Positions 10,297 through 19,999 of a stretch of 64,000 nt of DNA are shown in pieces. The DNA is from Arenicellales bacterium (GTDB lineage Bacteria; Pseudomonadota; Gammaproteobacteria; Arenicellales; JAJDZL01), in assembly GCA_965202855.1 (NCBI GenBank), contig CBDBBP010000002.1, positions 58,913-122,912 of the forward strand, given 5' to 3'. The stretch's first letter is position 1. Every line of letters starts with the position of its first letter. Position numbers and translations under genes: made by a program. The notes beneath the pieces are model-generated. The model worked only from the letters and a program-made list of their open reading frames with translations. It did no database searches and was not told where the DNA came from.

Positions 10297-10512
10297 TCAA
10301 TCAGTTAAAACAATTGGATATCTATAGTAGTTGTGCAATAAATATTCTGCTCCTTCCTGACATGGTACAGTCATTTTTACACCCAATAAGCCTGGCTGAA
10401 AGCACTGAAACGTAATCACTGACTGAGCGGTTTTACCAGTCTGCGCCGCGGTCGTGCTCAAGCTTATTTTCTTAGCCGCTATACCCATTATCAACTTAGC
10501 CGATGTCATCAT
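10297..10512 (-). CDS. small hypothetical ORF (71 codons) in a GC-richer patch between the paralogues
   Basis: GAGG lies a few nt upstream of ATGATG. No recognisable family; it could be non-coding. Confidence 0.25.
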   Translation of the reverse strand: MMTSAKLIMGIAAKKISLSTTAAQTGKTAQSVITFQCFQPGLLGVKMTVPCQEGAEYLLHNYYRYPIVLTD

Positions 10513-10756
10513 AAAACCTCAGCGACCGCTGGCACCCTGCCTGAAATCACCAAACTGCTTGTTGGTTGAACGCTACGGCAAAGCACACTAAATTTTTTAG
10601 CCAATTAAACTGAGATGTGTGCAGAGGCATATCAATATTTTTGTGTCTGTCAATTTTTTCGGTATGCAAAATATGCCATAAAATTTTGCAGTACAGTCGC
10701 AAATTCAGTCGCATCTACATTGCCACGTTCTATTTTTTAACCGCATGCTCGTCTGC

Positions 10757-11794
10757 CTACCCAAAGCTTAATGAGAGTTGATCACTTTCTTGAATTTGTG
10801 GCGTGTGAATCGATTCACCAGCTAAGCTAATTTGCATTTGATCAAGTAGTTGTGGATTTCTTCTTACCGTTTCGAACAATTGATTCAATGAAAGGTGATT
10901 ATTAGATGATCCTATCCAACCGCTGACTAGACGCCGAGTGCCGTTCAATTTCAAATAGTAGTGCAAATACTTAAAACATGACCATTTCAATTCTCCGGTC
11001 TTGCTGTACTCGCCGATGATCAATTCATTTTCATAAAAAAATATTAACCATTTACTGTCATCAACGGACACAGGAATAACTGAAGGCCGACCGTTTACGA
11101 ACCTTTTGAATGCTCCACGCGCGATAAATACACCTACATTGTCGGCGGAAACATCAAGCGTTTGAAGAATCTTCATCAGCAGTGCGTAATCTATGTAGTC
11201 ATCTGTTTTGTCCTGATCAATTTCTGAAGCAAATTCAAAATCATCAATTACTTGAGATTCTAAATTTACGTTAATCATGGCAACTGGCGTACTCCGCCTA
11301 AACAGCACCCAAATTGTTGAACTTTCAGATTTCATGTTTCGAAAGTATTCTGCAGCGAAATTTGGACATTTGACACAGTTTCCAAAAGTGCGTCCCATTT
11401 TCTGAAGTTGAGGAATACTGACGATTTCTATAAGTCTGAAATTGTGATCGAGCTGAAAACATTTGGGAGTTGAAGTATTTCCCACTTCTAGCGCCTCAAC
11501 AATGTCGAGAACGGTCCGGAACGGTTCGAGTGATACCTTCACGTTTTTAATACCATGACCTGCGCTTTTAATAACTTTCGCAGCTTTCCTTTTCACATCG
11601 TTATCTGAATGATTTTGATGTTCAACCGCTAGTCGAATTCCTCTTAGCGTTTTGCATATATCGTAATTGGTCGCATTTGAATTAGCTGATTTGTATTTTT
11701 TGAGAAGTCGTTTGAATTTGTCGAAGTTGAATTTTTCGATTGACGCTGCCTCTTTCTTTAAGCGATTTAGTTGCCTAACGACATTGGCATCCAT
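10757..11794 (-). CDS. hypothetical protein, paralogue B (345 aa)
   Basis: Shares the blocks IWVLF.R.TP.AMI.VNLESQ.ID.F, PVSVD.S.W, ENELIIG and PQLLD.MQ.SLA with paralogue A. Confidence 0.7.
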   Translation of the reverse strand: MDANVVRQLNRLKKEAASIEKFNFDKFKRLLKKYKSANSNATNYDICKTLRGIRLAVEHQNHSDNDVKRKAAKVIKSAGHGIKNVKVSLEPFRTVLDIVEALEVGNTSTPKCFQLDHNFRLIEIVSIPQLQKMGRTFGNCVKCPNFAAEYFRNMKSESSTIWVLFRRSTPVAMINVNLESQVIDDFEFASEIDQDKTDDYIDYALLMKILQTLDVSADNVGVFIARGAFKRFVNGRPSVIPVSVDDSKWLIFFYENELIIGEYSKTGELKWSCFKYLHYYLKLNGTRRLVSGWIGSSNNHLSLNQLFETVRRNPQLLDQMQISLAGESIHTPQIQESDQLSLSFG

Positions 11795-12379
11795 AAAAGT
11801 ACTCCCTCATCAAATTCGACCTAATTAACAATCTACAGATCAATTGGTTCAACCTAAAAGTCAAGATTATGAGTTCGGATGGTTAAAGCCGAAAAATCGG
11901 AAATTTAAGTCAGTCGCAATACTCATTGCGATGTTAGACAGTATAAATTCACCTTTCCTATTTATCCGTCAATATCTGTCGCACAAATGGAGTCGTAGGG
12001 GTGTTAGTAAGAAAATATTTTTTGGATGCCAGATAGTTTCTCTTTAAAAATAATTACATAAATACGAAATTGCGCCGAGATTATTCTTCGTCGGGTGGTG
12101 CAGTTTCAGCATCGAATGAGGAAATTGGTTTGATAATCAAATTCATGGAAGCAACGGAGTTGCTAGAAATATGCGGCAGGGGAAGGCATTCATCTGCCTA
12201 ATCTCTTCACCAATGTAAACTGCGAATGTCAAAATTTGTCGAGTAATGTACACACAAAATACGGCCAGATTGCATTCTACCCAGAATGTAGATACCTCAC
12301 TCATTTATTAATCTTTGCGAAGACGAATTCCGGCACCTATACAAACTGGCTAAAGCTAACAAAACAAACTGCTTCTACA

Positions 12380-13200
12380 CTTGCATTAGCCGGATAAGGC
12401 CGGCGGCCTAGTCAACGACAGCTTGAATCAGCTGAGATGTGTTTTGGATTTCCAGAATCAACGGTTGAGACAATTTACAAGTTCATGCAAATACTCGTGA
12501 AGACAAAGATGAGAACCGCGTGATAGATGCCTGCAAGAAGACGCTTTAAATTACTAATCACGTGATGCACCTTTGTCAATCTTTGTGCAGATTTTTATGG
12601 GGTCACCTTTGCTTGATGTTCACAACGTACGCGCATGACGTTCAAAGAACGATTGGAGTCGCTGCGCACTTTGCCACTGTGAATCTGACATTCGGTGATT
12701 TGTTGAACTTGTTGATGATTAACGCCCCTTAGCACTATTACCGCCACAAGAACGCTGATTTTGTCGCAATGTTCGACCGCCAATTGCACCTGGGTTTTAC
12801 CTTCGGTACCGTGTCCGTAATTACCACCGATGAAAGCGTCATTATTTCACCCAAAACCTCCAAATGATAGGCTTGGTTGCGATGCTCTATGGTAGTTCTC
12901 AAATTGCGCGACGCCAACTGTGTGTGCTAATCCAAATGCCCCCTATCATGTTGTCCAGACGCATCGCCGTGATTCCATCTTTATCGGCAGTGATCAGATA
13001 GTTGGCAGAAAGCCATTTTGACAATAGCAGATTGGTATTTTCAAACTCGGTGCCAGCGGTGATTGAGGTCAGATGCTTACGTTGGTCGCACTGATGCAGG
13101 GGATGGCAGCTAAAAATATTGGCTTGATGATGGTCGTGGCGAGGACCCAAAATGCCGTGCGGTCAGCGATGTTTCAGTTCTTTGAGGCTGGCATGTTGGC
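12380..13200 (-). pseudogene. Second, different IS1595-family transposase remnant (multiple stops and frameshifts)
   Basis: RWPHGILGPRHDHHQA..HQCDQRKHLTSITAGTEFENTNLLLSKWLSANYLITADKDGITAMRL, then NDAFIGGNYGHGTEGKTQVQLAVEH, then ISNLKRLLAGIYHAV..EYLHELVNCLNR in shifting frames. Confidence 0.55.
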
Positions 13201-13405
13201 TGAAGAATTAACTGTACCAAGATCAGAATGAATGGGATTTTTGTCACATGAATCTAATATATCAATCGTTTGTCTAGGTTTAGAATTATCAAAAACTGAT
13301 TCTCTTGCAGAAGCATTTTGAAATTCAAACCTCATAAACACATAGGAATTCTCAATGCTCCCACACACTCAAATCCACATCTCTCTTTACAAACTGATTC
13401 AATCT

Positions 13406-14653
13406 CTACCAATCTTCCAACGGGTAAGTTGTAAGCATCTCGTAACCGGTTTCCGTAACAAGAAGCTGCTCTTCAATTTTGACGCCTTCGCCTCCATGAA
13501 TTGAACCGATGTAAGATTCAACACAAAGTGTCATTCCGGGTTCTAGCATGCCTTCGTAACCTTTTTGTTCGTAGTCTATGTAATGTTTGATACTTGGATA
13601 TTCATCTGCGAGCCCCACTCCATGAAAAATGACACCGTAGCGTCGGTCCACGAATTCTTCTGGTACTGGCCAAGCGTTCTGTCCCAGTTCCTTAAACGTG
13701 ACACCAGGTTTAACGAGCTCCGTGTTGTATCGAATTTGTTCTGCCGACAGTTGGTAGAGTCTGGCTTGCTCGGCAGAAGGTTTGTCTTCACCACAGATCC
13801 AAGACCTTGACATATCACAGCAATAGCCATAGGGACCAATCAGGTCCGTGTCAAAGCTGACCATGTCACCGCGTTCGATAACACGCATTGAAGATTCACG
13901 CATCCATGGATTAGTGCGCCAACCTGAAGACAGCAGCCTGGTTTCAATCCACTCACCGCCTAACTCAATATTCTTCTCGTGAAGTTTTGACCACAATGCA
14001 TTTTCAGTGATTCCTGGAACCAGGAACTGTCGCATATGATCCACTGCGAGCTCGCAGACTTTCACTGAATAACGCATCAATTCCAGCTCTTCTTCTGATT
14101 TCACCAATCGCGCAACTTCCATAATGTCCTGACCTTCCTCAATGTCTAGACCAGCAGCCATTAATGCGTTCAGTCCCAGACAACTGCAACGATCAATCGC
14201 AAGTCTACGATTGCCGCCTCCATATGTCTGCACGAGATCCAAAATTTCTTGTGCGAACTTGCGAGCATTTTCTTTGGCACGAGAACCAGCTGAAAAGAAA
14301 TAAAAAGGAGTAATCACCCGATACTCATCTACGGTGGGGAGATCTTCCGCTAAATGTGGCATGTTGCCAAAATCCCATAGTATGACCGGCCCCTCAGTTG
14401 CGACGAACGCACAACGAGCCTCGTAATGAGAACACCAAATCTGCATATTTGTCGCATCCGTCACATATCTGGTATTTAACTGATCGAACACTAATATTCC
14501 TGCTAGATCATGTTTCTGTAACTCATCACGTACCCTCTGGACGCGATATCTTCGAACCTTGTCAAGACCGGCGGGTGGATTCGTAAACTCCATCGCACCA
14601 TGTTGGCGATTTCGAACTTGTTTCAGAATTGAGTCTCTTTTTGGTTGTTGCAT
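13406..14653 (-). CDS. M24-family metalloenzyme, DddP-like (candidate DMSP lyase)
   Basis: FDQLNTRYVTDATNMQIW, GGEWIETRLLSSGWRTNPW, SFDTDLIGPYGYCCDMSRSW, HGVGLADEYP and LEPGMTLCVE closely resemble DddP as I recall it. I place the start at ATG 14653; the ORF track extends it to 14746. Confidence 0.6.
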   Translation of the reverse strand: MQQPKRDSILKQVRNRQHGAMEFTNPPAGLDKVRRYRVQRVRDELQKHDLAGILVFDQLNTRYVTDATNMQIWCSHYEARCAFVATEGPVILWDFGNMPHLAEDLPTVDEYRVITPFYFFSAGSRAKENARKFAQEILDLVQTYGGGNRRLAIDRCSCLGLNALMAAGLDIEEGQDIMEVARLVKSEEELELMRYSVKVCELAVDHMRQFLVPGITENALWSKLHEKNIELGGEWIETRLLSSGWRTNPWMRESSMRVIERGDMVSFDTDLIGPYGYCCDMSRSWICGEDKPSAEQARLYQLSAEQIRYNTELVKPGVTFKELGQNAWPVPEEFVDRRYGVIFHGVGLADEYPSIKHYIDYEQKGYEGMLEPGMTLCVESYIGSIHGGEGVKIEEQLLVTETGYEMLTTYPLEDW

Positions 14654-16247
14654 CAAAATTCTGTCACTGGTATTGATTAAACTGGCAAAGTGATAATGTA
14701 CCTCAGTACGTAATTCGATTGTCAGCAGATTTACAAATTCTCCCATAAATATATTAAAAGTGCTTATTTGAGAATTCGAAAGTTGCTAACTATGCCCTGA
14801 GATTCAAGGGCGAGAATTTTGCAATGAAGACGCGTTGAGTCGTCTCAATAACTTCAAGTAGCGCGAACTTTGAATTGTTGTGAAGGCAACCGCTGCAGCG
14901 AATCGACGAAGTGACGCCCCCAAAAAAATTCCTGTTAGGTCGTGTTCGCGGTTTCGCTCGCAGTCAAGTTGCCCGGCTTCAAATTCCCTAGTTGACGGTA
15001 ACTCTGCTTTTGCTATCCCGACGGTGCATTGGAAGGCTGAATCGGGAAAACAGTAGAATTGAGCCAATTTTTAGTCGCAAATCTATACGCTAATGGCAGA
15101 GGGTTAAATGCTTTACCCAACGTGGGGCATCGGTCCTTTGTTATGCGATGTCAGCCGGTAACGCTTAAGGACTGTTCCTTCGTGGCTAAGCGCTGGAATA
15201 AATATCACTCGCGTTCGTTTCAGATCATTCTGCAGTCCACTCCTGGAGTTGTCACCGAAATCTTTTGAACATGCTTTCGGCGCCTCAGTGGACACAATTT
15301 CTTTCTTTTGCTGTGGTTGCCTCATCAATTTACTTTTCTTCGAAACAATATTTTTAAAGGACAGGGATTGTCAATTCTCGACGAATATTAACAATCAGAA
15401 TCGAAAATTGACCCAAAACGAAAAACAGGAGCAATTTTGTGTTCTGGTCGGACCTCACGATCAGAAGGGACTGAAACCGTCAAAGTACAAAAATTCACTA
15501 TCAAACAAATCAATCAACCACTAGGTTCGAAAAATCATGCAATTTTATGCGGCATTTGGATCTGCGAGGAGAACTGTGCCGGATCAGATGCTGGCTCATG
15601 AAGATTTACGGATACCTGAAGAAAAAAAGGTTGAAGATGCCGGTTTGCATGCTGAATTGAACAGTGAAAATGAAGCACTTTTTGTAAGCGAGTGCCAACC
15701 TCGTCAGCCGGAAAATGGGGACCGCAGAAAGTTATTTTAACGAGGATGCAACCTTTTGGAAGAAATTCGAACCAATGATGGAACGCTGCTTCAAAACAAT
15801 TTGAGTGCTGCGAATAACAGTCCTGCTATCGCGACTTGCGATAGAATTATTTTCACATACAGTCCCGACATTTCCGCGCGCAAATGATACCTTGGCTACC
15901 AAATCAGAATTTGTTTGTTAGGGCACATCAACAAAATTGGGGAACCTGTTTTTCAGACTCTCCGATGTTTTGCAACTTGCGAAAATATATTCTCGGGGCT
16001 TATCGAGACCTTAACGGCTTCGACAAAACCTACAAACTGAAAGACGCAACAGTTCCCTACTACTCCGTCTTCGCGCGTAATCTCTACGCGTTCTCTACTA
16101 GAGGATGTGTAGAGAGGCATCATGCCTCTTTTCTTGAACGCACGCTTAAGATAATTTCGAGGTTAGAATCCAGTTGCGTCTCAATGGCGCAAAACACGAG
16201 GACGAGAACCCGCGTAAAACTTGGTTTTAGATCAGAGGATCACTTTT

Positions 16248-16473
16248 TCAAAAAAGCTTCAGCACCGCCAGGTGCACGCCTGCAATGCCGATGCCAGCCA
16301 GCAATAATTTGACGAACAGGGCTGCCAGCTCAGCACGAAGGTGATCTTTAGTAACAAGATCACTTGGCGAGGACTCGATTGCCATCGCGATTGCTTCGGC
16401 GTGAGCCGTGTCAATTCCTGCTTCCTTCAATTCCTGCTTCCTGCAGGTTTTTGGAAACGCTTAAAGTGTCCAT
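16248..16473 (-). pseudogene. DUF1640-like gene disrupted by a perfect 16-bp tandem duplication
   Basis: GGAGG-N5-ATG at 16473 gives MDTLSVSKNLQEAGIEGSRN(stop). Removing one 16-nt unit restores MDTLSVSKNLQEAGIDTAHAEAIAMAIESS...LKLF (69 aa), a paralogue of 3502-3741. Confidence 0.6.
16411..16442 (+). repeat. Perfect tandem duplication, 2 x 16 nt (TCAATTCCTGCTTCCT)
   Basis: Read directly from the sequence: 16411-16426 equals 16427-16442. Confidence 0.95.
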
Positions 16474-16948
16474 ATTTTCCTCCAAAGCGTGATTTCCAGA
16501 GGACTCTCACCCTTCAGGGAAGATCCTCTCCCCGGGAAGGGTTTTTACGGCTTTCGCCGCGAATGACCGCCGTAATAGGCGATTTGTCATTTTTATCGTA
16601 TATCCGACAATTCAACGGAACCACATGATTCCGCTTTAGGTTCCACCCAATTCAGGGATGGAACAATGTGGCGTTTATTTCCCTGCTGCTGAGAGATTCA
16701 TCGAATTCATACACTCATTTGAGTACCCTGCGCATTAAATGCTACCGCGTAGTCAATTGCAACATACTTATTTATCATATACACTCCTTCGGAGTGCAAC
16801 TAGCGGTGCTTATTTGCCAAAAAAACAGGAAATCATAAAATTTTCTAGTGTGAGAAAGAGGTGGAGAATTAATATTTCTACCTCATTTTTTGGTGTGCAT
16901 CGAATTCAGGCTATTGTCTTTGTAAAAAAATGGCGCAGGACGGCTTAA

Positions 16949-17212
16949 TTGGTGCGTGCGAATTCGTGTGCGGTGGTGCATCGTCGCTTCGTCAACACGC
17001 AGTTGCAGAACGCCAACTATCATTGGGCTCGAACCGCGTGTCAACATGATGCAGTCGGCAAAACCAAATACGCGGCTCTTCGTGACAAGGGGCGCCGAAT
17101 CGCCAGATCTTTGCGAAGTGTGACCAACCGGCTGCTTGAACTCGCCTGCGTGATGTTGGAAAATCAAATGCCAATTGACCCTGATTATCCAACACATGAA
17201 CTGGCAGCATAA
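16949..17212 (+). pseudogene. C-terminal fragment of an IS110-like transposase
   Basis: ..KYAALRDKGRRIARSLRSVTNRLLELACVMLENQMPIDPDY resembles the IS110-family tail (..Y.R....GK....AL.A.ARKL.......L.....YDP). GC-richer than the flanks. Confidence 0.4.
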
Positions 17213-17508
17213 CAGATCGGGGCAGAAAATGCGAAGTTGCAGAGCCGCAATCCGTCTAGACAAAATACTGGATGTCCACCATTTGGCTTGCAAGCATCGC
17301 CAAAACCCGCTGGCAAATCCAAAATCTTCTTGGATTCGCGTGATTTTGTCTTTTTCCTGCTCCGAATTCAACAAAATCTTTCAATATTTTGTTACAGCGT
17401 AAAGCTCATCTCACAGGAAAATTCGTTTTAACAGAATTGAAATTTGTTATACTGAATTCAAAATTTTTAGGTAAATATTCACAGTTTTAAGATACAGGAG
17501 AAGTGTGG

Positions 17509-18633
17509 ATGAAATTTTCATTTAGTAAAAAACTGGTTCGTCAGGTTGGTGCGCCTGTCGTTGCGTTGTTACTTGCATCCGGTGGTATTACGACCGCGCA
17601 AGCAGCTGACCCAGTTGAGTTGGTCGTCGTTTCTTGGGGTGGAGCGTACACAAAGAGTCAACAATTGGCTTACCATGAACCTTATATGGCTCTCAATCCT
17701 CACGTTACTATCATCAACGATGACTCGGCATCAGAAGGAGTTGCAAAACTGAGAGCTCAATCAGAAGTTGGTAACGTAACTTGGTCGCTATTGGACACGA
17801 TCGCTTCTTATACCATTGCCCTTTGTGACGAAGGACTGATCGAAGAAATTGATCACGATGCTATGTTAGAACCGGCACCGGACGGTACACCGGCGAGCGA
17901 AGACTTTGGTGAGCTCATCATATCACCATGCTTCATTCCTAATATTGTGTACTCCACGACCTTCGGTTACCGAACTGATTTGGTGCCCGTAGCACCAACT
18001 TCGATCGCCGATGTGTTTGATTTGGAAAAAATTCCAGGCAAGAGATCTCTTGAGAAGAAACCAATCGTTAATTTTGAATGGGCACTGCTCGCCGATGGTG
18101 TATCTGCAGACGACATTTACGATGTTTTGGATACTCCGGAAGGAGTCGCCCAAGCATTCGCGAAGTTGGATGTAGTCAAAGATCAAGTGGTGTGGTGGAC
18201 TCGTGGAGCACAACCAACCCAGCTGCTGGCAGATGGTGAAGTTGTCATGGCTTCTGCATACAATGGACGTCTTTTCTCAGCGATCGAAGAAGAAGGACAG
18301 CCCATTGCAATGATGTGGGATTGGCAAGTATTCGATTTGGACGGTTGGGTAATACCGAAAGGCGCTCCTCATCGAGACGAAGTTGTGAAGCTGGTTCGAT
18401 TTGCTACGGATACGCAACGACTGGCAGACCAGGCCAAATATATTTCCTACGGTCCGGCGCGTATGTCATCCGCTCCGTTGGTTGGTAAGCATGCTACTCT
18501 CGGAATTGACATGGGACCCCATATGCCAACCCATCCCGATAACGCCAAGACCACATTGCTTTACAATTATGAATGGTGGGCGGACAATGAGGACGATCTA
18601 GCCGAGCAATTTGCATCATGGATAGAACAGTAA
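17509..18633 (+). CDS. ABC transporter periplasmic substrate-binding protein (PotD/PotF-like family)
   Basis: AGGAG lies 8 nt before ATG 17509. Signal peptide ends ..TTAQA/AD. Sits at the head of an SBP-permease-permease operon. Confidence 0.85.
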   Translation: MKFSFSKKLVRQVGAPVVALLLASGGITTAQAADPVELVVVSWGGAYTKSQQLAYHEPYMALNPHVTIINDDSASEGVAKLRAQSEVGNVTWSLLDTIASYTIALCDEGLIEEIDHDAMLEPAPDGTPASEDFGELIISPCFIPNIVYSTTFGYRTDLVPVAPTSIADVFDLEKIPGKRSLEKKPIVNFEWALLADGVSADDIYDVLDTPEGVAQAFAKLDVVKDQVVWWTRGAQPTQLLADGEVVMASAYNGRLFSAIEEEGQPIAMMWDWQVFDLDGWVIPKGAPHRDEVVKLVRFATDTQRLADQAKYISYGPARMSSAPLVGKHATLGIDMGPHMPTHPDNAKTTLLYNYEWWADNEDDLAEQFASWIEQ

Positions 18634-18726
18634 TATAGCGTTCAACTTGAAGTATTCATTCTACGCAGGGTACGATTCACACCGTACCCTGCATGTCTTT
18701 CAAAACATCTCTAATCTATAAATCCA

Positions 18727-19998
18727 GTGTCTGAAGTAGCCCTCAAAAGCAATGAACCCATCCGAACTGCGGATGGCACTCTATTAAAAGTCAGTTTAGC
18801 TAGAGCCTTGCGCAGAGATAAATTTAAATCTCTGCTTTTAGTTGCCCCGTTATTTCTATTTCTTACTCTGACCTTTCTGCTTCCTATTGGTGATATGTTG
18901 TGGAGAGGGGTTGAAGACCCGATCGTTTCTACTTACCTTCCTCGAACAACAGAACAGTTACAGAAATGGGACTCCCAATCAAATGAACTCCCACCGGAGA
19001 GCACATTTGAAGCATTGGTTGATGACATCCAAGAGGGGGCAAAGGAGAAAGTCATCACTCGTGTAGGCAAACGTCTCAATTATGAATCGCCCGGCATGTC
19101 AAGCCTCTTTCGAAAATCTCAGAGACATGTACCAAAACTAGATGAAGGCCCTTATACCGAAGCTGTAATTAAGATTGACAAACGTTGGGGGAACATAGAA
19201 ACTTGGCAACTTATCAAGACTTTCAGTTCTAACTTGACGAGCGGTTACTTCTTGGCAGCGATTGACCTCGAAGTGCTGCCTGATGGGAGTGTGGCATTAC
19301 AGGAAGACACAAAACGAATTTACATCAAGCTATTTATACGCACTCTTTATTTAAGTGGGTTTATCACTTTGATGACCTTGATTCTGGGTTATCCGGTTGC
19401 CTATCTTCTAGCAACTTTACCCTTGCGTACGAGCAATTTACTCTTGATGTTAGTTCTCCTGCCATTTTGGACTTCGTTACTTGTGCGCACTACTTCTTGG
19501 ATCGCGCTTTTGCAGAGGGAAGGTGTATTGAACGACATTCTGGTTGGACTCGGCCTGATCGGTACAGATAGTAGACTCGCAATGATTCACAATGCTACTG
19601 GAACTATCATAGCGATGACTCACATTCTGCTGCCGTTTATGATTTTGCCGCTCTTTAGCGTCATGAAGACGATTTCTCCCAGCTACATGCGCGCGGCAAT
19701 TTCTCTTGGAGCCCGTCCATCTGAAGCTTTTATAAAAGTATATTTTCCAAATACGATTCCTGGAATAGGCGCAGGTGGAATTTTGGTGTTTATTCTCGCA
19801 ATTGGCTATTACATTACGCCTGCCTTGGTCGGCGGTACTTCTGGAACGTTTATCAGCAACTTCATCGCTTACCATATTTCCGTATCTCTAAACTGGGGAT
19901 TGGCAGCCGCTTTGGGCATCATTCTATTGGGACTGGTACTTGTCCTCTACTTGCTGTACGACAAAATCGTTGGCATTGACAACATGAAGCTGGGTTAA
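18727..19998 (+). CDS. ABC transporter permease (PotB-like) with a long loop after TM1
   Basis: 423 aa. Has the EAA-type region ..YMRAAISLGARPSEAFIKVYFP. Confidence 0.85.
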   Translation: MSEVALKSNEPIRTADGTLLKVSLARALRRDKFKSLLLVAPLFLFLTLTFLLPIGDMLWRGVEDPIVSTYLPRTTEQLQKWDSQSNELPPESTFEALVDDIQEGAKEKVITRVGKRLNYESPGMSSLFRKSQRHVPKLDEGPYTEAVIKIDKRWGNIETWQLIKTFSSNLTSGYFLAAIDLEVLPDGSVALQEDTKRIYIKLFIRTLYLSGFITLMTLILGYPVAYLLATLPLRTSNLLLMLVLLPFWTSLLVRTTSWIALLQREGVLNDILVGLGLIGTDSRLAMIHNATGTIIAMTHILLPFMILPLFSVMKTISPSYMRAAISLGARPSEAFIKVYFPNTIPGIGAGGILVFILAIGYYITPALVGGTSGTFISNFIAYHISVSLNWGLAAALGIILLGLVLVLYLLYDKIVGIDNMKLG

Positions 19999-19999
19999 T

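Noticed and set aside
1465-13200. Composite transposon formed by the two IS1595-type elements
   Set aside because: The two transposase remnants are clearly different sequences (different subgroups, low similarity by eye). Both are heavily decayed, and I could not identify matching terminal inverted repeats or target duplications.
13174-13368. 64-aa ORF between the DddP-like gene and the IS remnant
   Set aside because: No ribosome-binding site and no similarity I recognise. It lies in the junction DNA of the IS remnant.
15884-16312. 142-aa plus-strand ORF in the gene-poor stretch
   Set aside because: No start context. It overlaps the 3' end of the DUF1640-like pseudogene on the other strand and has no recognisable motifs.
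16883-17374. 163-aa minus-strand ORF
   Set aside because: It is antisense to the IS110-like transposase tail, and its composition is Cys-, Arg- and Trp-rich. Likely spurious.
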